From NCBI GenBank assembly GCA_963747505.1, contig CAVVFD010000001.1, positions 1,036,098 through 1,100,097 on the forward strand: a stretch of 64,000 bases of DNA, written 5' to 3'. The notes below the pieces were generated by a model. The model had not been told where the DNA came from, made no database searches, and was given only the letters and a program-made list of their open reading frames with translations. Both the position numbers and the translations under genes were made by a program. The number at the start of each line of letters is the position of its first letter. Position 1 is the first letter of the stretch. This document shows, piece by piece, positions 1 to 10,284 of this stretch. Source of the DNA: an uncultured Actinomycetota bacterium (GTDB lineage: Bacteria; Actinomycetota; Actinomycetes; Propionibacteriales; Propionibacteriaceae).

Positions 1-1204
1 TGTGGTCCGGCTCGCCCACGAACGCGGCGACCGCTTCACGGAAGACGCCCTTGGCCTCGTCGAGCCGGATGCGGTCCTGTGGTCGGCGTGGTCCTGCGAT
101 GGATGGGACGACGGTGCTCAGATCCAGCTCGATGTACTCCGAGTAGGTGGGCTCATTGTCCGCGTCGTGCCAGAGCCCCTGTTCCCGCGCATAGGCCTCC
201 ACCAGTGCCAACTGGTGCTCGTCGCGACCCGTGAGCCGCATGTAGTCGATGGTCTGGTCGTCGATGGGGAACACCGCGATGGTGGAGCCGTACTCCGGGC
301 TCATGTTGCCAATGGTGGCGCGGTTTGCCAGCGGGACCTCCGCGACGCCGTCGCCGTAGAACTCGACGAACTTGCCCACCACCTTGTGCTCGCGCAGCAT
401 CTCGGTGATGGTCAGCACCAGGTCCGTGGCGGTGGTGCCCTCGGGCAGTTTGCCGGTGAGTTTGAAACCCACCACGCGGGGGATGAGCATGGAGACGGGC
501 TGGCCGAGCATGGCTGCCTCTGCCTCGATGCCACCGACACCCCAACCGACGACGCCGAGGCCGTTCACCATCGTGGTGTGGGAGTCGGTGCCGACGCAGG
601 TGTCGGGGTAGGCCTGCAGCACGCCGTCGACGGTGCGCGGGAAGATCACGCGGGCCAAGTTCTCGATGTTGACCTGGTGGACGATTCCGGTGCCCGGGGG
701 GACCACCTTGAAGTCATCGAACGCCGTCTGCCCCCATCGGAGGAACTGGTAGCGCTCGCGGTTGCGCTGGTACTCGATGTCCGTGTTCTGTTCGAACGCG
801 CCCTGGATGCCGAAGACCTCGGCGATGACGGAGTGGTCGATGACCATCTCCGCCGGGGAGAGGGGGTTGATCTTGGCCGGATCGCCGCCGAGCGCCTCGA
901 CGGCCTCACGCATCGTGGCGAGGTCCACGACGCAGGGGACACCGGTGAAGTCCTGCATGATGACGCGGGCGGGGGTGAACTGGATTTCCTGGTTCGGTTG
1001 CGACGTGGGGTCCCAGTTGCCCAGGGCGGTGATGTGCTCCGCCGTGATGTTGGCGTCGTCCTCGGTGCGCAGGAGGTTTTCCAGCAACACTTTCAGGCTG
1101 AATGGCAACTTCTCGTGGCCCTCCACCGCGTCCACCCGAAAGATCTCATAGGTGGTTCCCTCCACGTCCAGATTGGCCCGTGCCCCGAAGCTGTTGATGC
1201 TCAT
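1..1204 (-). CDS. acn: Aconitate hydratase AcnA, N-terminal ~400 aa; 3' part runs off the left edge
   Basis: Reverse-strand translation from ATG (rc of 1202-1204) gives [53 protein letters not shown]...[32 protein letters not shown], a canonical aconitase N-terminus. The frame stays open to position 1, so there is no stop in the window and it is absent from the ORF track. Track ORF 2..1240(+) is its antisense shadow. Confidence 0.9.
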   Translation of the reverse strand, partial: MSINSFGARANLDVEGTTYEIFRVDAVEGHEKLPFSLKVLLENLLRTEDDANITAEHITALGNWDPTSQPNQEIQFTPARVIMQDFTGVPCVVDLATMREAVEALGGDPAKINPLSPAEMVIDHSVIAEVFGIQGAFEQNTDIEYQRNRERYQFLRWGQTAFDDFKVVPPGTGIVHQVNIENLARVIFPRTVDGVLQAYPDTCVGTDSHTTMVNGLGVVGWGVGGIEAEAAMLGQPVSMLIPRVVGFKLTGKLPEGTTATDLVLTITEMLREHKVVGKFVEFYGDGVAEVPLANRATIGNMSPEYGSTIAVFPIDDQTIDYMRLTGRDEHQLALVEAYAREQGLWHDADNEPTYSEYIELDLSTVVPSIAGPRRPQDRIRLDEAKGVFREAVAAFVGEPDH

Positions 1205-1331
1205 CGACTCTCCTTGTCCCTCACCGGTGATTTGTCTTGATGTCAAGATAACACGGGGTGCATTCTCCGCTCCCGCTGGCTGCCAGTGCCCCGAGTCTAG
1301 GCCCGCACGTGCGCGCATGGGCGTTCGAGGC

Positions 1332-2477
1332 TCACGAGGCGGGCAACGGGGGCGCCGGTCGGAGGATGGCCACACACTCCACGTGCTGGGTCATCGGGAA
1401 GAGGTCAAAGGCCCTGATGGACTCGGCCGTGTAGCCCTGGGCGGCGAAGATCGCAAGATCCCGCGCCAGGGCGGATGGGTCGCATGCGACATAGGCAATG
1501 GCACGCGGCTCCGACGCTGCGACTGCCTTCGCGACCGCGGCGCCCGCTCCCCTGCGCGGCGGATCCAGTACCACCACGTTCGAGCGGCGCGGGAAGGACT
1601 TGAGCTGCGCCTCCACTGAGCCTGCGATGAAGCGGGCACCGGGAACGTTGCGTCGCGCATGGGTGATGGCAGTCCGCGACCCCTCGATCCCCAGCACGCT
1701 GCAGCCCGCGTTCGCCAACCCCGCGGCAAAGAGCCCCACTCCGCAGTACAGGTCCAGTGCGCTCTCCCCGTCCTGCGGCTCCAGCCCCTCCAGCACGGCC
1801 GCCGTGAGAATGTCGGCGGCACGGGGATGCACCTGCCAGAACCCGTCGGCCTCCACCTCGAAGCGATGCCCCGACGCACTCTCGTGCACCACGCGCTGCC
1901 CCTGAACCACCACGTCGTCCGCCAGGACCGTCGTGCCGTTCTCGGAGACGATGACCTGCAATTCCCGGGACCCCTCGGCCAGCGCCTCGAGCTCGGCGAG
2001 GCCGGGCCCGGGCGTGGCGACCAGGCAGCCCTGCGCCGGCAGTGGCACCACGTCCCGGGAGCGACGGGCGCGGAGTCCGACCCGCCCCTTCTGATCGACG
2101 GCGTAGCGCATCCGCGTCCGCCAACCCAACTGCGGACTCACGGGGGCCACGCGGCCCTCCCACGTGATGCCGGCCAGCCGCGAAAGCTGCTCGGCCACCA
2201 CGGCGGTCTTCAACTCCAGCTGCAACTCTGCCGATGCGTGCTGCCAATCGCAGCCCCCACAGCGGTCGGCGATCGGGCACGGGGGCTCCACCCTCCCGGC
2301 TGCCGGCCGCAGGACTTCCACCACACGTCCACGGTCGAAGCGCTTGGCGCGTTCGGTGATCTCGACGAGGACCCTCTCACCCGGGAGCCCTCCGGACACG
2401 AAGACCACCTTGTCATCGATCCTCCCGACGACGAATCCACCATGGGCCACCCGGCTAAGCTCCACGGGGTTGCTCAT
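1332..2477 (-). CDS. Class I SAM-dependent RNA (uracil-5)-methyltransferase, TrmA/RumA family
   Basis: Track ORF 1332..2645(-). It has a TRAM-like N-terminus ([32 protein letters not shown]), a Cys cluster ([14 protein letters not shown]), a SAM motif ([11 protein letters not shown]) and DPPRRG. Start moved to ATG 2477 (MSNPVEL), which overlaps the upstream stop as ATGA. Confidence 0.85.
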   Translation of the reverse strand: MSNPVELSRVAHGGFVVGRIDDKVVFVSGGLPGERVLVEITERAKRFDRGRVVEVLRPAAGRVEPPCPIADRCGGCDWQHASAELQLELKTAVVAEQLSRLAGITWEGRVAPVSPQLGWRTRMRYAVDQKGRVGLRARRSRDVVPLPAQGCLVATPGPGLAELEALAEGSRELQVIVSENGTTVLADDVVVQGQRVVHESASGHRFEVEADGFWQVHPRAADILTAAVLEGLEPQDGESALDLYCGVGLFAAGLANAGCSVLGIEGSRTAITHARRNVPGARFIAGSVEAQLKSFPRRSNVVVLDPPRRGAGAAVAKAVAASEPRAIAYVACDPSALARDLAIFAAQGYTAESIRAFDLFPMTQHVECVAILRPAPPLPAS

Positions 2478-4480
2478 CGGGCGCCCAGATTTCCCCGACC
2501 GGGACGCGACACGGCCTTGGCCCGATCCTTCGCCAGCCCGGAGCTGCGCAGCTGGTAAGGAACGCTGATGACCATGACGCCCGGCATGAAGTGGAGCCGG
2601 GTCCTGATCAACAGGGCGGTCTGGTTGTGCAGCAGTTGCTCCCACCAGTGCCCCACCACGAACTCTGGGATGTACACCGCAACAACGTCGCGCGGGTTCT
2701 CGGAACGCATCTCTGCCACGAAGCGTATGAAGGGCGTGGTGATCTCGCGGTAGGGGGAGGCGATCACCTTGAGCGGGACACCGAAGTCCTCGCCATTCCA
2801 GTCCCGGACCACCCGGGCACTCTCGTCCTCGTCAACCGCCACCAGGACGCCCACGAGGCTCGTGTTGCGGCTGGCCCTGGCAAATGCCACAGCCTTGGCC
2901 GTCGGAAGGTCGAGCTGCTGAACCAGCACGACACCGCGTACCCGACTGGGCAGTGCCCGGTCGGAATCCTCCGTCAGTTCGACCTCGTGGTTGACCGCCT
3001 CGTAGTGCTTCCGGATGAACATCATCATCAGGTACATCACTGCCATGGCCACCAGGGCCAGCCATGCGCCGTGGGTGAACTTCGACACCAGCACCACGAG
3101 CAGCACCAGAGCGGTGAGGCTCGCCCCCACCGTGTTGATGGCGCGGGAGCGCTGCATGCGGCGTCGTGTGCGACGGTCGGTCTCCGTGGCAAGTGCCGTG
3201 GTCCAGTGGCGCATCATCCCAATTTGTCCCAGTGTGAAAGAGATGAACACACCCACCACGTACAACTGGATGAGCGCAGTGACCGAGGCGTCGAACACCC
3301 ACACCAGCGCGATCGCGGTGATGGCAAGGGTGATGATGCCGTTGGAGTAGGCGAGGCGGTCGCCGCGACTGTGCAGCTGGCGCGGCAGGTAGGCGTCCTT
3401 CGCCAGGATTGACGCCAGGCTGGGGAAACCGTTGAACGCCGTGTTGGCGGCCAGGAAGAGGATCACCATCGTGGCGATCACGACGATGAACACTCCCGGC
3501 ACAAACCAGTCACCGAAGACCACGCGCGCCAACTGACCGGTTACAGTCACCGCCGAGCTGTGGATGGTGTTGCCCTGCGGGTCGATGTAGTGAGCCCCGG
3601 TCAGCTCGTCGATCAGGTGGACCTTGGTGAGGTTGGCCAGCACGATGATGCCGATGAGCAGGGAGATGGCGATCAGCCCGAGCAGGCCCAACACCGAAGC
3701 CGCATTGCGGCTCTTGGGCTGCCTGAAGGACGGCACACCATTGCTGATGGCCTCCACACCCGTGAGCGCAGCGCAGCCGGAGGAGAAGGCGCGGGCGAGC
3801 ACAGCGATCAGCACCCAGCCGACCGCGTCCGGGCTGCCCTCGGGCGGGAGCACGGTCAGGTCGGCGGTCTCACTGAGCAGTGGCTGCCCCAAGACGAAAA
3901 TGCGGAAGAATCCGGTGCCCACCATGATGAACATGGAGACCATGAAGATGTAGGTCGGGAAGGCGAAGAACCCGCCGGATTCCCTGACACCCCGCAGATT
4001 CATGACTGTCAGCAGGACGATCACCACGACTGCGACAGCGGCCTCGTGACCAGCCAGGGACGGGAGGATCGCCTGTGCGTTGAGTACACCCGCCGAGACC
4101 GAGACGGCGACCGTGAGGACATAGTCCACGAGCAGCGCAGAGGCGACGGTGAGGCTCGCGGCGTTCCCGAGATTGGCGGCCGCCACCTCGTAGTCCCCGC
4201 CACCGGTGGGATATGCATGGACGGTCTGGCGGTATGACAGCACGACCACGCCCACCACCACGGCCACGGCGAGGCCGATCTGCCATGAGAACATGTAGCC
4301 GGTCATGCCAGCCAGCGAGAGGGTGATGAGGATCTCGTCGGGAGCGTACGCCACGGAACTCAGGGCATCTGAGGCGAAGACGGGCAGCGCGAGTCGTTTC
4401 GGCAGCAGGGTCTCCCCCAGTTGCTCGTTGGACAAACGCCTCCCCACGAGCACCCGCTTGAGCGAGGAGAAGATGTTCAC
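2474..4480 (-). CDS. APC-family permease with C-terminal cytoplasmic domain (Rv2690c-like)
   Basis: 668-aa track ORF. The N-terminus is LPVFASDALSSVAYAPDEILITL, followed by about 12 hydrophobic helices and a ~200-aa soluble tail. It sits divergent to two trkA genes, as in the M. tuberculosis Rv2689c-Rv2692 neighbourhood. Confidence 0.8.
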   Translation of the reverse strand: MNIFSSLKRVLVGRRLSNEQLGETLLPKRLALPVFASDALSSVAYAPDEILITLSLAGMTGYMFSWQIGLAVAVVVGVVVLSYRQTVHAYPTGGGDYEVAAANLGNAASLTVASALLVDYVLTVAVSVSAGVLNAQAILPSLAGHEAAVAVVVIVLLTVMNLRGVRESGGFFAFPTYIFMVSMFIMVGTGFFRIFVLGQPLLSETADLTVLPPEGSPDAVGWVLIAVLARAFSSGCAALTGVEAISNGVPSFRQPKSRNAASVLGLLGLIAISLLIGIIVLANLTKVHLIDELTGAHYIDPQGNTIHSSAVTVTGQLARVVFGDWFVPGVFIVVIATMVILFLAANTAFNGFPSLASILAKDAYLPRQLHSRGDRLAYSNGIITLAITAIALVWVFDASVTALIQLYVVGVFISFTLGQIGMMRHWTTALATETDRRTRRRMQRSRAINTVGASLTALVLLVVLVSKFTHGAWLALVAMAVMYLMMMFIRKHYEAVNHEVELTEDSDRALPSRVRGVVLVQQLDLPTAKAVAFARASRNTSLVGVLVAVDEDESARVVRDWNGEDFGVPLKVIASPYREITTPFIRFVAEMRSENPRDVVAVYIPEFVVGHWWEQLLHNQTALLIRTRLHFMPGVMVISVPYQLRSSGLAKDRAKAVSRPGRGNLGAR

Positions 4481-4590
4481 TTGGCCTACGGTAGACCTGC
4501 ACGATGGCGAACACCTACCCTGCGCCCCTTGCCCCCGGGGCGCCGGTGTGCGGTAGCGTCAGCTGTGTCGATCCAGAGGAGGAGTCCCGC

Positions 4591-5253
4591 GTGCACATCG
4601 TCATCATGGGCTGTGGCCGCGTGGGCGCCATGCTGGCCCGCGGTCTGGAGAAACGTGGCCACAGCGTAGCCGTGGTTGATGTGAACCCGGAGGCCTTCCG
4701 AAGGCTGGGCAGCGAGTTCAAGGGCACCACCGTCAAGGGCGTCGGTTTCGACCGGGAAGTGCTGGAGGAGGCGGGCATCCGGCGGGCCGACGGATTCGCG
4801 GCCGTCTCAAGCGGCGACAACTCGAACATTCTGTCTGCACGCGTGGTGCGTGAGGGGTACCAGGTCGACAACGTCGTCGCCCGGATCTACGACCAGGGAC
4901 GCGCCGCCGTCTACGAGCGTCTCGGCATCCCCACCGTCGCCACCGTGCGGTGGACCGTCGGCCAGGTGCTTCGGCGTTTGCTTCCGGAGGGCAGCGAACC
5001 GGTGTGGCGCGACCCCTCCGGCAACGTCCACCTGTTGCAGGTCTACGTCCACAACGGGTGGGTGGGCCGACGGATCCGGGACCTGGCATCCGCGGCGCAC
5101 GTCCCAATCCCGTTCATGGTGAGGGTGGGCAAGGGGTTGGTACCCGACAGCGAGACCGTGTTCCAGGACGGCGACATGATCTTCGTGGGGTGCGAGACGG
5201 AGCGCACCTCGGACATTGAGACCTTGTTCGCCGCGCCGCCGGCCAGGCACTAG
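4591..5253 (+). CDS. trkA: Trk system potassium uptake protein TrkA (NAD-binding RCK subunit, CeoB-like)
   Basis: Rossmann motif VHIVIMGCGRVGAMLARGLEKRGHSVAVVD. Start set to GTG 4591, preceded by AGAGGAGGAG; the track ORF begins further upstream at 4504. Confidence 0.85.
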   Translation: MHIVIMGCGRVGAMLARGLEKRGHSVAVVDVNPEAFRRLGSEFKGTTVKGVGFDREVLEEAGIRRADGFAAVSSGDNSNILSARVVREGYQVDNVVARIYDQGRAAVYERLGIPTVATVRWTVGQVLRRLLPEGSEPVWRDPSGNVHLLQVYVHNGWVGRRIRDLASAAHVPIPFMVRVGKGLVPDSETVFQDGDMIFVGCETERTSDIETLFAAPPARH

Positions 5254-5265
5254 GAGAGTGGGAAG

Positions 5266-5940
5266 ATGCGCGTCGCCATCGCCGGAGCCGGCAACGTCGG
5301 ACGTTCAATCGCCCGCGAGCTGATCGCCAACGGGCACCAGGTGCTGTTGATCGACCGCGACCCCCGCGCGATCAAATCGGAATCCGTCCCGGGGGCCGAG
5401 TGGTTCCAGGCCGACGCCTGTGAACTGCAGACGCTGGAGGACGCCGAGTTGGAGAACTGCGACGTCAGCATCGCCGCCACGGGCGACGACAAGGCCAACC
5501 TTGTGCATTCCCTGCTGGCCAAGACGGAGTTCGGGGTGCCGCGCACCGTCGGCCGGGTCAACCATCCGGGCAACGAGTGGATGTTTGACGACGTGTGGGG
5601 GGTGGATGTGGCGGTGTCCACGCCCCGCATCATGTCGGCGCTGGTGGAGGAGGCGGTGGAGACCGGGGACTTGGTGCGGCTGTTCACCTTCACGAAGTCC
5701 ACGACCAACCTCTCGGAGATGCGGCTGCCAGCCGACTCCTCGTATGCGAGTCGGCGGATCCGCGACATCGAACTGCCCCGCGATGCGGTGCTCGTGGCGA
5801 TCATCCGTGACGGCATACCGCTCGTCCCCGATCGCGACGGCGCTTTGGAGGCCAACGACGAATTGCTGTTCGTCGTGAGCCAGGAGGCCGAGTCGGAACT
5901 CGCGGCGATGTTTTCCTCCGACGACCGTCCGGACGACTAG
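5266..5940 (+). CDS. trkA: Second TrkA-family RCK subunit (CeoC-like)
   Basis: MRVAIAGAGNVGRSIARELIANGHQVLLIDRDP, with an RCK C-terminal domain. It starts 13 nt after the first trkA. Confidence 0.85.
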   Translation: MRVAIAGAGNVGRSIARELIANGHQVLLIDRDPRAIKSESVPGAEWFQADACELQTLEDAELENCDVSIAATGDDKANLVHSLLAKTEFGVPRTVGRVNHPGNEWMFDDVWGVDVAVSTPRIMSALVEEAVETGDLVRLFTFTKSTTNLSEMRLPADSSYASRRIRDIELPRDAVLVAIIRDGIPLVPDRDGALEANDELLFVVSQEAESELAAMFSSDDRPDD

Positions 5941-5977
5941 GAGAGCTCACGCCCCGGATTCGGGGCGGCGAGGTGGA

Positions 5978-6346
5978 TCAGGAGAGCACTTCGAACTCGG
6001 GGTTGAAGATGACACGTCGGCCCTCCTCCTCCGTGAGGCGCCCGGCCACGAGAAGGTGTCTACCCGGCATGATGCACTCGATACGCCGACGGCCCATCCA
6101 GATCAGACTGACGCTGCCGGTCCCGTCGCTCAGATCGGCTTCGAGCCATGATGTGTTCGACGCCGTCACCGACGTGATCGTGCCCCGCAGCGTCACCTTC
6201 TGGCGGACATGGCACTCGCTGAGGGGGACGGCGCCCGCCTCCCGTGCCTGGTCCGCGAGGTCCTCCGCCTCGAGCTGCTCCGCGGTCGAGAGGAACCGTC
6301 GGAGCCGATCCCCCAGCGATCTGCGTTTGCGCTCCTGCTCGCTCAT
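5978..6346 (-). CDS. OB-fold nucleic-acid-binding domain protein (Rv2694c-like)
   Basis: 122-aa track ORF with a conserved segment VTLRGTITSVTASNTSWLEADLSDGTGSVSLIWMGRRRI. It holds the expected position between trkA and DUF3710/dut, and has a 4-nt ATGA overlap with the upstream gene. Confidence 0.7.
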   Translation of the reverse strand: MSEQERKRRSLGDRLRRFLSTAEQLEAEDLADQAREAGAVPLSECHVRQKVTLRGTITSVTASNTSWLEADLSDGTGSVSLIWMGRRRIECIMPGRHLLVAGRLTEEEGRRVIFNPEFEVLS

Positions 6347-7059
6347 TTCGTGTCCAGCTGTGGCACGTCCATCGTCAATACGCTACCCGGGACGGCGGGC
6401 TGCTGGCCACGGCGCACCACGAGGTTGCTGTAGAACTCCCACAGGGCGCTGTCGGCCTCCTGGTTGTCGGGTTCCAGGGCTGCCCTGCCCATCACGACGC
6501 CTCGCAGCACCCATCCCGGTCCACCGACGAGCCACGTCCGTGACATGTGGGTGGCGGCCTTGCCCTCCGGGGTGGTGACGGGCAGACGACGACGCAGCTC
6601 CGCGCCGAATGGCCCCTCCACCATCTGCACCTTGCCCTGTGCCTCATCGGTCGCGCGCATGATCTCACCCCGAATTTCGGGGACCATCGACGCACGCGTC
6701 GGCCCAGCGAAGACGGCCACCTCCATGGCGGAGGCACCGTCAGAGATGAGGAGCGCCTGCACCTTCTCCTTGGCCTTGTCCACCTGCAGCTGAAGATTCA
6801 TCTTGTCGAAGGGTGTGATGATGAGGGTTCCGAGGTCCAGTCGCTTGACGTCATCTGCGTCGAGGTCCACCTCCTCGATGTCGTAGGGCCCCTCCTCGCG
6901 ATTGAAGGCGGCGTCCCACTCATCCCACTCATGAGCTTCGTCCTCCTCGGGCGCCACCGTCCGCGACGGCTCATCGCTCTCGCTGGGATTCACAGCAGCT
7001 TGATCCGCTGTGGTGTCCTCGGCGTCTTCATTGCCGCCCTTCGAGCGTCCCAGATCCAC
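6343..7059 (-). CDS. DUF3710 domain protein
   Basis: Acidic N-terminus followed by GPYDIEEVDLDADDVKRLDLGTLIITPFDKMNLQLQVD...WVLRGVVMGRAA. The track ORF (to 7500) overlaps dut in another frame; start re-set to GTG 7059, 14 nt after the dut stop. Confidence 0.7.
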   Translation of the reverse strand: MDLGRSKGGNEDAEDTTADQAAVNPSESDEPSRTVAPEEDEAHEWDEWDAAFNREEGPYDIEEVDLDADDVKRLDLGTLIITPFDKMNLQLQVDKAKEKVQALLISDGASAMEVAVFAGPTRASMVPEIRGEIMRATDEAQGKVQMVEGPFGAELRRRLPVTTPEGKAATHMSRTWLVGGPGWVLRGVVMGRAALEPDNQEADSALWEFYSNLVVRRGQQPAVPGSVLTMDVPQLDTK

Positions 7060-7072
7060 GGTGCAGCCTTTC

Positions 7073-7522
7073 TCAGTTGGAGGTGGACGTGTTGATGCCC
7101 ACGCCCGTAGAACCATAACCATCGGAACCACGTTCCGTCTCATCCAGTATGTCAACAGCCTCGAACTGCGCAGCGATGACCGGGAGCACGACGAGCTGTG
7201 CCACTCTGTCCCCCGCCGCCAACGTGATCCGCGCCGAGGTGTCGAGGTTGATGAGGCAGACCCGGATCTCGCCCCGGTAGCCGGAATCAATGACGCCGGG
7301 CGCGTTGACGATCCCCAGTCCCAGCCGGGCTGCCAGTCCGGAGCGGGGGGTGACGAGCCCCACGGTGCCCTCGGGCAGCGCGACCGCGACGCCGGTGCCG
7401 ACGAGCGTCCGCTCACCGGGCGCCAGGTCAATGTCGGTGGTGCAGCGAAGGTCCGCGCCCGCATCGCCCGGGCGGGCATAGTGCGGAAGATGCCCTCCAA
7501 CTGCGACTGCCCCGACGATCAT
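7073..7522 (-). CDS. dut: dUTP diphosphatase
   Basis: Motifs [24 protein letters not shown] and a C-terminal [10 protein letters not shown]. Confidence 0.93.
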   Translation of the reverse strand: MIVGAVAVGGHLPHYARPGDAGADLRCTTDIDLAPGERTLVGTGVAVALPEGTVGLVTPRSGLAARLGLGIVNAPGVIDSGYRGEIRVCLINLDTSARITLAAGDRVAQLVVLPVIAAQFEAVDILDETERGSDGYGSTGVGINTSTSN

Positions 7523-7971
7523 CGCGTTGCGCCGCTGATGGCACGGACGGCCTCCGACAACTCGTCCGGGTTGCGGCTGCTCACGAGCCAGTGGGCATGT
7601 GGATCCGCGGCGTCGGCGATGCCGATGCGCACGAGTTCAGCGATGTAGGGGCGGGTGAGGAGGAGATCGCTGGTGTCGGCACCTGCGGAGAGTGCATGGG
7701 CACTGGCGGCCCGGTCAAGCGTCTCCGCACCTGCGATCCATTCCCCTTCGACGGCGTTGCGGCCAACCCGCAGTGAGCCGTCTGCAACACGGATGGCCGT
7801 ATGCCCGTAGGAGAAGACGACGAGCCCCACGGCGAGGGCGAAGAGCCCCAGCACGGTGAAACCGGGCACCGGCGGGACGTAGGCAAGGATCGCCACAGCG
7901 GCCGTGACCACTGCCAGCAGCGCTATCAACCACCACCACAGGGGCACCCGCAGCCGCTCAACATAGACCAT
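7519..7971 (-). CDS. DUF3093 membrane protein
   Basis: 150 aa with two N-terminal TM helices ([21 protein letters not shown]..), then a soluble domain. Its stop overlaps the dut start by 4 nt. This is the conserved neighbour of dut in actinobacteria. Confidence 0.7.
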   Translation of the reverse strand: MVYVERLRVPLWWWLIALLAVVTAAVAILAYVPPVPGFTVLGLFALAVGLVVFSYGHTAIRVADGSLRVGRNAVEGEWIAGAETLDRAASAHALSAGADTSDLLLTRPYIAELVRIGIADAADPHAHWLVSSRNPDELSEAVRAISGATR

Positions 7972-8040
7972 GATCTCAATCTAGCCCTGCCTGTTGGGCA
8001 TAATGAAACGCATCTACTTCGGAGAAGGAGGGCCAAGCCG

Positions 8041-8328
8041 ATGGGCATGACCGAGAAAGTGATGTGGAAGGTGTACGCCGGAGCGGTGGGGGCGGTATCG
8101 ACGCTGATCGCGCAGAAGGTGGTCACAAAAGTCTGGGAGATGAGCACCGGCGACGAGCCCCCGGATCCGAATGATCCCGACACGCCGCTGACGAAGGCGC
8201 TCATCTGGGCCACCGCCAGTGGCCTCGGGGTCGGGATCTCCCAGCTGGTGATGAATCGCTTCATGCAGCAGCGATGGTTGGCCAACACTGGTCACAAGCC
8301 ACCCGGCAAAGAGCACATGAGAAAGTAG
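8041..8328 (+). CDS. DUF4235 domain protein
   Basis: Start re-set to ATG 8041 (MGMTEKVMWKVYAGAVGAVSTLIAQKVVTKVWE), preceded by GGAGAAGGAGGG. The upstream part of the track ORF (7801) is antisense to DUF3093. Confidence 0.65.
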   Translation: MGMTEKVMWKVYAGAVGAVSTLIAQKVVTKVWEMSTGDEPPDPNDPDTPLTKALIWATASGLGVGISQLVMNRFMQQRWLANTGHKPPGKEHMRK

Positions 8329-8340
8329 CGCAGCAGAAGG

Positions 8341-8372
8341 GGCGGGAACGAGGGTGAAGCCTCGTTCCCGCC
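8341..8372. terminator. 13-bp GC-rich hairpin between convergent genes (bidirectional terminator candidate)
   Basis: GGCGGGAACGAGG-gtgaag-CCTCGTTCCCGCC is a perfect 13-bp stem. The U-tracts on either strand are only weak. Confidence 0.55.
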
Positions 8373-8394
8373 CCTTCAACCACGCCCGGAGGCG

Positions 8395-8691
8395 TTACAC
8401 ACAATCGACGCAGTACTTCTGATTGTTCTTGGTCTCCGCCAACTGACTGCTGGCCTTCACCAGGAAACACGAGGCGCACGTGAACTCGTCAGCCTGCTTC
8501 GGCAGTACCCGGACCGTGAGTTCTTCGTGTGAGAGGTCGGCTCCGGGGAGCTCAAAGGATTCGGCCGCCTCAACCTCATCCTCATCCACCTTGCCGGAGT
8601 TCTTGTCGTTGCGCCGCGTCTTGAGTTCCTCGAGCGAATCCTCGCTCATCTCTTCTTCGTTCTTGCGCGGGGCGTCGTAGTCGGTGGCCAT
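8395..8691 (-). CDS. DUF4193 family protein (Rv2699c-like)
   Basis: MATDYDAPRKNEEE...ELPGADLSHEELTVRVLPKQADEFTCASCFLVKASSQL...YCVDC: a very acidic N-terminus plus a C-terminal CxxC...CxxC. Confidence 0.8.
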   Translation of the reverse strand: MATDYDAPRKNEEEMSEDSLEELKTRRNDKNSGKVDEDEVEAAESFELPGADLSHEELTVRVLPKQADEFTCASCFLVKASSQLAETKNNQKYCVDCV

Positions 8692-8893
8692 CCGCCGGTC
8701 CTTTCCTTAGGTCCTGAATCATGCCGGACCCAGCCGACTTGATCGGGGTATGTGTATCACATTCCGCCGCTCACGCAAGCAACCACCCAATGGCGTCCAC
8801 CATCGACATCGTTGCAGCGACCCGGGTGATGGCCTGATGAGCAGCCCCGGCGCTGGTAGGTTGGGCGCGAGTAAACGTCTTTGGAGTTGCCAG

Positions 8894-10126
8894 ATGAACA
8901 GTGCACTGAGCCCGCGTGAGATACAAGCGCGCCTCCGCGCAGGTGCCTCCGTCCCTGAAGTGGCGGCTGAGGCGGGTGTGGAGGTTCAGCGCATCGAGGG
9001 CTTCGCCCTGCCGGTCATGGCGGAGAGGGCGCACATGACACGGACGGCCCTGGGGGCCTCCGTGCGGCGCCGCGGCGACGCGTCGGGACACAGGCGGCTC
9101 GGTGAGATCGTCCGTGAGCGATTGCAGGCACGGGGCCTGGACGCGGACACGGTGGAATGGGACGCCTGGCGCCAGAACGATCTCAAGTGGCGTCTCGTGG
9201 GGCTCCTGGACGATCAGGCTGCTTCCCGGGCGGCAGAGTTCGTGTTCGATCCGAAGGGCAGGTTCAGCTTCGCCGACAATGCTGATGCCCGCTGGATGAT
9301 CGGCGAGACGCTGCCCGGTCCACAGACGGACCCCGACAACGAGAACACGATCGACTTCAACGATGAGCTCGCGCTCGTCCGTGCCATTTCTGACGGTGCC
9401 CTGGGGTCTGACGGGGCCACCGGACGTCCGGGCGACGACGTGCCGTCCAGGGATGCCCTCTACGAGGGTGCGGGCCACACCTCCGAGCTGGACGAGCTCT
9501 ACGACATGCTCAGTGGGGTCAGCGAGGACTCCGTGAGGATCTACCTCGGCCTTGACGATGCCAAGCCCGCTGAGGGTCGTCAGGACCACGCTGACGAGAC
9601 ACTCACATCCACAGACGACGAGGGGCGGTCAACGGGATCACCGACGGTCGGCGCGACACCTTCGGCGGATGAGTCGGAGTCAGCTCCGACTGACGAGGTA
9701 TCCGAGCGTCCCGATCTCCCGGCATCGGCCACAACGGACAGCACCGACCTCCACGACGTCACCACCGACGCCCCAGAGCACCCGCAGGGGCACCTGTCTG
9801 CACCGCCGACCGGCGAAGCCGTTGAAGAGGAACGGTCAACTGGGCCGGACGCGCCGCTGAAGGGCGGGGTCGCTGATGAGCAGCCCGATTCCCAAGCGGC
9901 CACCTCGGATCCACCCAGCGGGCCCGCCAGCGGCGCGGAGGGGGCCTCCGGCACCGCCAACGGCCCCGCTGGAGCTGCGGCTCCCGCTGACCCCCGCGCA
10001 GCCCCGGAACAGGACCCCCTGGTTCCCGACCCGCACCCTGCGTCTCCGAAGCGAACGCCCGCCAAGAAGCGCGCCAGCATTCCCAGCTGGGATGAGATCA
10101 TGTTCGGCGGTCCGAGCCGGAGCTGA
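8894..10126 (+). CDS. sepH: Septation protein SepH-like (DUF3071)
   Basis: SPREIQARLRAGASVPEVAAEAGVEVQRIEGFALPVMAERAHM...TVEWDAWRQNDLKWRLV, then a long acidic/Pro-rich linker and a basic tail PKRTPAKKRASIPSWDEIMFGG. Start set to ATG 8894; upstream residues of the track ORF look non-coding. Confidence 0.7.
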   Translation: MNSALSPREIQARLRAGASVPEVAAEAGVEVQRIEGFALPVMAERAHMTRTALGASVRRRGDASGHRRLGEIVRERLQARGLDADTVEWDAWRQNDLKWRLVGLLDDQAASRAAEFVFDPKGRFSFADNADARWMIGETLPGPQTDPDNENTIDFNDELALVRAISDGALGSDGATGRPGDDVPSRDALYEGAGHTSELDELYDMLSGVSEDSVRIYLGLDDAKPAEGRQDHADETLTSTDDEGRSTGSPTVGATPSADESESAPTDEVSERPDLPASATTDSTDLHDVTTDAPEHPQGHLSAPPTGEAVEEERSTGPDAPLKGGVADEQPDSQAATSDPPSGPASGAEGASGTANGPAGAAAPADPRAAPEQDPLVPDPHPASPKRTPAKKRASIPSWDEIMFGGPSRS

Positions 10127-10284
10127 AGCTCGCCGAGGTGTCAAGCAGTCACGTCTGCTGCCGGGCGCCCCGTTGTGACGCCATCCCACTGACAGGCGCC
10201 CACAGAGCTTTCGGACCCCTGAACCTCAACGATCAGTGTCGATGTTCACCAGGAGTGCACTCGGGTGTGTCCGACGCCGTAAGG

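Noticed and set aside
2-1240. 412-aa plus-strand ORF at the left edge
   Set aside because: It is the antisense shadow of aconitase. The minus frame gives a textbook AcnA N-terminus, while the plus-frame product is Arg/Gly/His/Val-rich with no recognisable motifs.
7060-7500. 5' extension of the DUF3710 ORF
   Set aside because: It overlaps the whole dut gene in another frame. The conserved DUF3710 sequence begins only after the dut stop.
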